Of a DNA stretch of 64,000 bases, positions 57,767-64,000 are shown one piece after another. The position numbers were made by a program, and so were the translations under genes. The DNA comes from Gammaproteobacteria bacterium (GTDB lineage Bacteria > Pseudomonadota > Gammaproteobacteria > UBA4575). Every line of letters begins with the position of its first letter. The first letter of the stretch is position 1. The stretch lies in assembly GCA_965221955.1 (NCBI GenBank), contig CBDCTA010000004.1, positions 32,001-96,000 of the forward strand. The letters are read 5' to 3'. The notes below the pieces were generated by a model, which did not search any database, was not told the origin of the DNA, and worked only from the letters and a program-made list of their open reading frames with translations.

Positions 57767-59173
57767 CTAACCTGTCGTCGCAATATATTCAATTGCTTGA
57801 TCAATACGCTTTAATGTCTTTTTCTGGCCCAATAATTCCAGCGTTAAATCTATGGATGGAGAATCTGCACCGCCTGTTACCGCTAACCTTAATGGAGGTG
57901 CAACCTGACCCATTTTCAAATTAAGCTTATCAGCGGTTAACTTAATTTCTGCATGGATATTTTCTGCAACCCAATCCTGAATAGCGCCTAGTTTAGCTTT
58001 TAATATTTTCAAGGTTTCAGCACTTTCATGAGTGAAATTTTTCTTAGTAGATTTTGTGTCATATTCTTCAATATCCCGATACAAAAATTCACTTGCTTTA
58101 CAAAGTTCTTCTAAGGTTTTGTTACGGTCTTTTAATGCATCAAATAATTGCGCAGTATCGGGTTGCCCGTCTACTTTTATATCTAGCTCATGAAAGTATT
58201 CAGTTAAAGTGCGATTAATATCTTTTCCAGATATATTTTTCATATGCTGTTGATTTACCCACAACAATTTATCCATATCGAAGGTTGCAGCAGATTGTTG
58301 AATGTTTTGTAAGCTAAAGTTTTCGATCATTTGATTTAAGCTGAAAATTTCTTGGTCACCATATGACCATCCTAATCGTACTAGGTAGTTTAATAAGCCT
58401 TGTGGTAAAAAGCCTTGTTCGCGATATTGATTAACCGAAACTGCGCCATGTCTTTTAGATAAACGTTTTCCATCAGTACCGTGAATAAGTGGTATATGTG
58501 CATAGGTAGGCGCCTGCTGTCCAAGTGCTGAAAAAATATTATGCTGTCTGAAGGTATTATTTAGATGATCATCGCCACGTATAATATGGCTAATTTCTAA
58601 TTCAATATCATCTACTACTACCGTTAAGTGATAAGTTGCTGAGCCATCTGAACGCGCAAGAATTAAATCATCTAATTCAGAATTTTGTACAGTAACTTTT
58701 CCACGAACTTGATCGTTTATGGTTATTTTACCTTGTTGTGGGTTTTTAAGACGCACAACTGGCGAACCAGATGTGTTTGGCGGTTGAGTAAGATCACGAC
58801 AGGTACCATCATAACGTGGCTTTTGTTTATTTTTGATCTGCTCTTCTCGCATCGCATCTAACCGCTCTTTTGTACAATAACAGTGATATGCTTTTCCCTC
58901 ATCGAGTAATTTTTGAATGGCAAGTTGGTAGTTTTCAGTGCGTTTTGACTGGAATATAGGTTGGACATCCGAATTTATTCCTAGCCAAGACAAGCTATCT
59001 AAAATATCTTGAGTGTATTCAACTTTAGAGCGTTCTTTATCCGTATCTTCTACTCGTAATACATATTCACCTTCATGCTTTCTTGCATACAGCCAGTTGA
59101 ACAAAGCAGTACGTGCACCACCTATGTGTAAATATCCGGTAGGACTAGGGGCAAAACGCGTGCGTACTTTCAT
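57767..59173 (-). CDS. gltX: Glutamate--tRNA ligase
   Basis: RTRFAPSPTGYLHIGG, LRVEDTD, CYC Zn motif, IRGDDH, RLSKRHGA; start taken at MKVRT (59173). Confidence 0.96.
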   Translation of the reverse strand: MKVRTRFAPSPTGYLHIGGARTALFNWLYARKHEGEYVLRVEDTDKERSKVEYTQDILDSLSWLGINSDVQPIFQSKRTENYQLAIQKLLDEGKAYHCYCTKERLDAMREEQIKNKQKPRYDGTCRDLTQPPNTSGSPVVRLKNPQQGKITINDQVRGKVTVQNSELDDLILARSDGSATYHLTVVVDDIELEISHIIRGDDHLNNTFRQHNIFSALGQQAPTYAHIPLIHGTDGKRLSKRHGAVSVNQYREQGFLPQGLLNYLVRLGWSYGDQEIFSLNQMIENFSLQNIQQSAATFDMDKLLWVNQQHMKNISGKDINRTLTEYFHELDIKVDGQPDTAQLFDALKDRNKTLEELCKASEFLYRDIEEYDTKSTKKNFTHESAETLKILKAKLGAIQDWVAENIHAEIKLTADKLNLKMGQVAPPLRLAVTGGADSPSIDLTLELLGQKKTLKRIDQAIEYIATTG

Positions 59174-59264
59174 GAAGGCAAAACAATGCAATTACAATTA
59201 AATTCAATCATTGTACCTATTTCATATGAAATAGGCTCTATATTGAATTGGAGATTGTATTTAT

Positions 59265-60158
59265 TTAATGAGAGGCAAAGTGAATTAAGTCGTCAGAGCT
59301 ATGATCAACTATCGTTTTACCCAAGCTAATTTTACCTTCACCCCATAAAGGAAATTCTTCGCGACGAAGATAAATACTACGACCATCTTCGGTTTGTACA
59401 TACGTACCATTAGTGCTCTGATCTCTTATTAGAAACTTGCCTCGGCGGTATTCGATAACTGCATGTTGTCTCGATACTAAAGTACCTTCAACAACGATAC
59501 CACTGTTTAAATCACGACCAATGGTTAATGCAGGCATGTTGGCAAGTAACGCTATTTCAGTATCTTCAAAAGACAACTGCAGTTTGGATGACTTCATATT
59601 TTCTAATGTAGTCGTACCAGATAAAATTTGCGTAGAAGCTTCCCCTTCCCACATTACTTCGTAAATTATAGTTTGTTCTTGACGGCCTTTAATACGTGAA
59701 GTGTCGTATCGACGTGTGAAATGGGCAATTTCTGGCGGTATGTGTTCTACCATGGCATCAGTGGCAATAATTTGCCCACCTTTTGCTATATCACGCATCG
59801 CGGCAGATACATTTACTGAATCACCATACATATCCGTAGCTTCAACAATTGCTGAACCATAATGCATGCCAATGCGTAGCGCTAAACGCACACCATTTGG
59901 ATCTACCGTATCTTTAGCGGTTTCTTGAAGTTTAAAAGCTGCTTGGAATGCTAACTCAGGATCAGTTAAGTAGCAAAGGATCTCATCACCGATAAATTTT
60001 ACTACTGTACCTTTATGTCGTTTAATAATTTCTGACATTCGTATAAGGCAACGTGCAATACTATCTTGAGCCAGTGTGTCGCCATATTCTTGATATAAAC
60101 GAGTACTTCCCGCGATATCAACGAACATTATGGTAACGTCTTTACTGTCTTTAGCCAT
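59265..60158 (-). CDS. Class III adenylate/guanylate cyclase-FHA fusion
   Basis: FVDIAGST, VKFIGDE, RIGMHYG, GDSVN; C-terminal IGR...VSRQHA...DQSTNGT FHA. Confidence 0.88.
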   Translation of the reverse strand: MAKDSKDVTIMFVDIAGSTRLYQEYGDTLAQDSIARCLIRMSEIIKRHKGTVVKFIGDEILCYLTDPELAFQAAFKLQETAKDTVDPNGVRLALRIGMHYGSAIVEATDMYGDSVNVSAAMRDIAKGGQIIATDAMVEHIPPEIAHFTRRYDTSRIKGRQEQTIIYEVMWEGEASTQILSGTTTLENMKSSKLQLSFEDTEIALLANMPALTIGRDLNSGIVVEGTLVSRQHAVIEYRRGKFLIRDQSTNGTYVQTEDGRSIYLRREEFPLWGEGKISLGKTIVDHSSDDLIHFASH

Positions 60159-60203
60159 GTGTGTGTTCTACTTAAAAACCTTTCTGTATTAAGATTTTCT
60201 TCT

Positions 60204-60860
60204 TCAGAATTTCTCTTCTAGGCTCATCAATTGGCCTTCATTATTAATATTAAGACGCCCAAGATAAGACATGCCAAGTAATGGTGTATTAGGGCTGTTA
60301 CCTTCGATAATTACTGCATCGACATTTCTTAGCATAATCTCCCCAACTTTGACTTGATCCAAATCTACTGAGTAAGCTAATTCCCTGCCTGAGGCCGTAG
60401 CCACTACAGTTTCTTCACCTTTAAGTTTATATTGTATCCCAAGTCGTTTCGCTAAGGCAGAATTTAATGCGATAACACTTGCACCAGTATCTATAAGAAA
60501 ATCAACAGTATATCCATTGATTGAACCCACCGTTTTAAACATACCATTGCTATCACGATAGATATTAACTTTTTTCCTCTCTGCTTTTGTGTAGCTCGCT
60601 TGTACTCGATTACCTAAATTATATTTAGATTGTTTACCATTTATTTCTAAAATTGCGTACTTACTACTTGCTTTAATTAACTTAACTCCCAGAGTAGCCG
60701 GCTCACCTACTTTCAATAAATGTTGTTCATCATCTATATTCACCATGGCTTTATTTTTGAATAATGCCATTACTTCAATATGTGAAATTTCTTTATTTGC
60801 AGCGGTGCTTGCTATTGAACAAATTAACAAACTCGTGAGGATGCATAACCGCATGAACAT
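60204..60860 (-). CDS. Clan AA aspartic protease (TIGR02281-like)
   Basis: G.ING....FLIDTGAS.IAL, TASG, LLGMSYL; signal peptide. Confidence 0.9.
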   Translation of the reverse strand: MFMRLCILTSLLICSIASTAANKEISHIEVMALFKNKAMVNIDDEQHLLKVGEPATLGVKLIKASSKYAILEINGKQSKYNLGNRVQASYTKAERKKVNIYRDSNGMFKTVGSINGYTVDFLIDTGASVIALNSALAKRLGIQYKLKGEETVVATASGRELAYSVDLDQVKVGEIMLRNVDAVIIEGNSPNTPLLGMSYLGRLNINNEGQLMSLEEKF

Positions 60861-60869
60861 GATATAGGC

Positions 60870-61955
60870 TTAGTTTACAGCTTCAGATTTTTTGAGATAT
60901 TTCATGAACTGACTTTTATCATTAGCGGCTTCAAAAGCTGCTTCTGGCGTTATTTTCTCTTCCTCAAGTAGCTTCTTGATTGCGGTATCCATGCTTTGCA
61001 TACCAAAACTGCGACCACCTTGAATAGAGTTATCGATTTGATCTGTTTTTCCTTCGCGAATGATATTTGCCATTGCAGGTGTATTCACCATGATTTCAAC
61101 AGCTGCTGCTCGGCCATTGCCATCTTTTGTTTTAATAAGCTGTTGTGAAATAACAGCACGTAATGAAGTCGATAACATAGTTCGTATGTGGTCTTGTTTA
61201 TTAGTTGGGAAAGCATTAATGATTCGATCTACGGTAGATGCAGCACTGTTCGTATGTAAAGTACCTAATACCATAATCCCTGTTTCTGCTGCGGTAACTG
61301 CCAAGCTCATGGTTTCAAGATCACGCATCTCACCCACCAGAATAACGTCTGGGTCTTCACGTAAAGCTGAATGCAATGCACTTGCAAACGATTTTGCGTG
61401 TTGTCCAACTTCACGTTGACTCATTAAACAATTTTTTTGTTCATGCACAAATTCAACCGGATCTTCAATGGTTAAAACATGTCCCTTCAAAGAGTTATTA
61501 ATTTCATTAACCATTGCAGCTAACGTGGTGGACTTACCAGAACCTGTTTTACCTGTAACAAGTATCATTCCGGCTTTTTGCCGACTGATACTTGCTAAAA
61601 TTTCAGGCATTTTTAAATCTTCTAAAGAAGCGGTTTCAGCAGGGATAGAGCGAAAAATTGCACCTACTCCATTTAGATGCCTAAAAGCATTAACCCTAAA
61701 GCGTCCAGTACCTTCTATGCTATAAGCAAAATCAGCGTTATCCTCATTCTCAAATATCGTTTTAGAACGTGGCGGCATGATTTTTAACATAGGTTCAAGT
61801 AATTCTTTCGCACTAAGCGCATCTTCAGAAATTGCCTCTAAATCACCATATACCCGCATTCTTGGTGGATCATTGGAGACTAAATGTAAATCAGACCCTC
61901 CACGTGCAACTAACATTTCTAAAAGTGTATCAATATCAACCATGAATATACTCAA
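60870..61955 (-). CDS. PilT/PilU-family retraction ATPase
   Basis: SDLHL, RFRVN.F, GKTGSGKSTTLA, TIEDPVEF, LREDPDVILVGEMRD, TLHT. Confidence 0.92.
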   Translation of the reverse strand: MSIFMVDIDTLLEMLVARGGSDLHLVSNDPPRMRVYGDLEAISEDALSAKELLEPMLKIMPPRSKTIFENEDNADFAYSIEGTGRFRVNAFRHLNGVGAIFRSIPAETASLEDLKMPEILASISRQKAGMILVTGKTGSGKSTTLAAMVNEINNSLKGHVLTIEDPVEFVHEQKNCLMSQREVGQHAKSFASALHSALREDPDVILVGEMRDLETMSLAVTAAETGIMVLGTLHTNSAASTVDRIINAFPTNKQDHIRTMLSTSLRAVISQQLIKTKDGNGRAAAVEIMVNTPAMANIIREGKTDQIDNSIQGGRSFGMQSMDTAIKKLLEEEKITPEAAFEAANDKSQFMKYLKKSEAVN

Positions 61956-63034
61956 CCTGCTTTGGGTAATAAGTCAGGATCAGAAACAAACTGTTGAAAG
62001 AGTTTCTTGTCGTTAGCATGCAAATAGGCGTCATCTGGATCCACTTCTTTATTTTGTACTGCAGTAAGCAATGCTTGATCCTTTAACTGCATACCGATTG
62101 AACTTCCTGTTTGTATTTGATTCGGGATTTGGAAGGTTTTGTCAGACATGACCAAATTAGAAATTGCATTATTCATAATCATAATTTCTACAATTGCACG
62201 TCGACCTCTACCATCTACCGTTTTAACCAGCTCTTGGGTCACTACAGCATGTAAGTTTTGTGATAAAAATATTTTTCCTTGTCCTTGCTGTTCTGCAGGT
62301 AATGCATCAATGATACGGTCAATAGATTTAGTTGCTGAAGTAGTATGTAAAGTACCGAACACTAAATGACCCGTTTCAGCTGCAAGCATTGCCATACTAA
62401 TAGTTTCAGAATCTCGCATCTCACCCACTAGAATAATATCTGGGTCTTGGCGTAATGATGCACGCAAGCCATCACCAAAACTATTCAAGTGTGTTCCTAC
62501 TTCACGTTGAATAACTTGTGAATTCATGCTTGGATGAATAAATTCAATTGGGTCTTCAAGAGTAATAATATTTTCTTTGCGTGTATTATTGATATGGTGA
62601 ATAAGCGAAGCTAAAGTCGTAGACTTACCTGTGCCGGTTGAGCCCGTTACTAACACCATACCTTGTTTAAACTCTGCAAAGGTTTTAATTACAGGAGGTA
62701 GTTTTAATGACTCAAATGCAGGAATCTCTGTTGGTATATGTCGAAACGTAGCACCTATTCCAGATGTTTTTCTAAACAGATTGACACGAAAACGTCCTAC
62801 ACCTTCAGACATGTAGGAAAAATCTAAATCGTCTCCTTTACGAAATTTTTCCTTTTGTGATTTTGATAGTATTTCACTCATATATCCTTCTAGTTCGCTA
62901 TCACCAAGGTCACGGAATTTAATCGGCATAAGGTCTCCGTGCATACGAAACATAGGAGGCACCCCTACAGCTAGATGAATATCTGAGCAGCTTTGCTCGC
63001 GCCCCAATTTCAAGAATGCATCAATTCTAGCCAT
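61952..63034 (-). CDS. PilT/PilU-family retraction ATPase
   Basis: SDIHL, RFRVN.F, GSTGTGKSTTLA, TLEDPIEF, LRQDPDIILVGEMRD, ETGHLVFGTLHT. Confidence 0.92.
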   Translation of the reverse strand: MARIDAFLKLGREQSCSDIHLAVGVPPMFRMHGDLMPIKFRDLGDSELEGYMSEILSKSQKEKFRKGDDLDFSYMSEGVGRFRVNLFRKTSGIGATFRHIPTEIPAFESLKLPPVIKTFAEFKQGMVLVTGSTGTGKSTTLASLIHHINNTRKENIITLEDPIEFIHPSMNSQVIQREVGTHLNSFGDGLRASLRQDPDIILVGEMRDSETISMAMLAAETGHLVFGTLHTTSATKSIDRIIDALPAEQQGQGKIFLSQNLHAVVTQELVKTVDGRGRRAIVEIMIMNNAISNLVMSDKTFQIPNQIQTGSSIGMQLKDQALLTAVQNKEVDPDDAYLHANDKKLFQQFVSDPDLLPKAG

Positions 63035-64000
63035 TTATACTTCTGCCTGTTCAACTGCATTTTTAAATTCAGTCATATTTTGAAAACGATGTTCTGGTTT
63101 TACGCTCATCGCTTTAGATACTACATCACTAAGTTCTTGTGAAACTTCTTCATTCTTCTCGCATACCTTCGCTGCTTTGCCTTGTACATGCTGATACATA
63201 ATCGACATACTATCTTTACCAGAGTACGGAGGTTTCCCGGTTAACATTTCGTACATAATTGCACCTAAGCTGTAGATATCTGTACGCTCGTCTACTTCTT
63301 TTCCAAGTACTTGCTCAGGCGCCATATACGTCGGCGTGCCAACTAATAAGCCTGTTTTAGTTAATTTTGTATCTGTTGATTGCGTCGCTGCTGCTACACC
63401 AAAATCAACGATTTTTAAGTGATTATCTTCATTGATAAGAATATTGTTTGGTTTTAAATCACGATGCACAACATTTGCAGCATGAGCACTTTCCATTCCA
63501 CTACACACGTCGAAAGTAAATTTCTTAGCTCTTTCTATATCCATTGGTTTCTTATCTTTTACTTCGGCACTTAGGGTATGACTTCTAAAATATTCCATAG
63601 AAATAGCATGCGCTTTGCCAAACGACACCATGTCATAAATACGGATAACATTAGGATGAGTAATCTTACGTGCAAAACGGAGCTCGTAAATAAAGCGTTT
63701 AATAATGCTCTCATCAGTAACAAATTGAGTATTTAAAAACTTAAGGATAATCTCTTCACTAATCATCGTGTCCTCAACCAAGAACACTGAACCAAATGCG
63801 CCTTTACCAATTTTCTTAATGTAGCGATAACGATCTGCCAGCATATCATCAGGTTGCATATCATCTGGATTTACCGTCTTACTTTCTATAGAAGTGTCCC
63901 CACGAGTGATCTTACCTTTCATGGTGACGGTATCTTTGCTTATATCAATCTCATCAACTTCATCTTTGAATACTTCGATGGAAGAACTATCAGGTTCTTG
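63035..64000 (-). CDS. Ser/Thr protein kinase, C-terminal kinase domain (5' truncated by window)
   Basis: IGKGAFGSV, HRDLKPNN, DFG, TKTGLLVGTPTYMAPE, DIYSLG; frame stays open from 63922 to the window end. Confidence 0.92.
   Translation of the reverse strand, partial: QEPDSSSIEVFKDEVDEIDISKDTVTMKGKITRGDTSIESKTVNPDDMQPDDMLADRYRYIKKIGKGAFGSVFLVEDTMISEEIILKFLNTQFVTDESIIKRFIYELRFARKITHPNVIRIYDMVSFGKAHAISMEYFRSHTLSAEVKDKKPMDIERAKKFTFDVCSGMESAHAANVVHRDLKPNNILINEDNHLKIVDFGVAAATQSTDTKLTKTGLLVGTPTYMAPEQVLGKEVDERTDIYSLGAIMYEMLTGKPPYSGKDSMSIMYQHVQGKAAKVCEKNEEVSQELSDVVSKAMSVKPEHRFQNMTEFKNAVEQAEV

Overview
AT-rich chromosomal window, most likely from a sulfur-oxidising gammaproteobacterium (inferred from fur, gltX, gspC-N, soxYZ and fccAB). 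From start to end it holds: (1) the 3' part of a Tad/Flp pilus operon whose ATPase carries an FHA domain, followed by an FHA membrane protein, a Ser/Thr kinase-FGE fusion and an exported caspase-like protease; (2) two tandem MarR paralogues and a TPR regulator; (3) tRNA-Cys/Leu, fur, a cytochrome P450, ExeA-FHA and housekeeping genes; (4) a 31.5-34 kb patch of small genes separated by two families of short palindromic repeats; (5) a sulfur-oxidation locus (soxYZ, cytochrome c, YeeE, NapC/NirT, fccAB, DUF3365, DsrE) built around five tandem exported, extremely Met-rich 'MNP'-repeat proteins, one with a CXXCH heme motif and one fused to DUF302, with a sixth relative at 28 kb; (6) a gspC-N type II secretion cluster between tRNA-Glu and tRNA-Ala/gltX, with a doubly frameshifted gspK; (7) a kinase-PilT-PilT-aspartic protease-cyclase/FHA operon. 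The best candidate for an undescribed system is the Met-rich protein family inside the sulfur locus. All calls come from motif recognition by eye; no searches were run.
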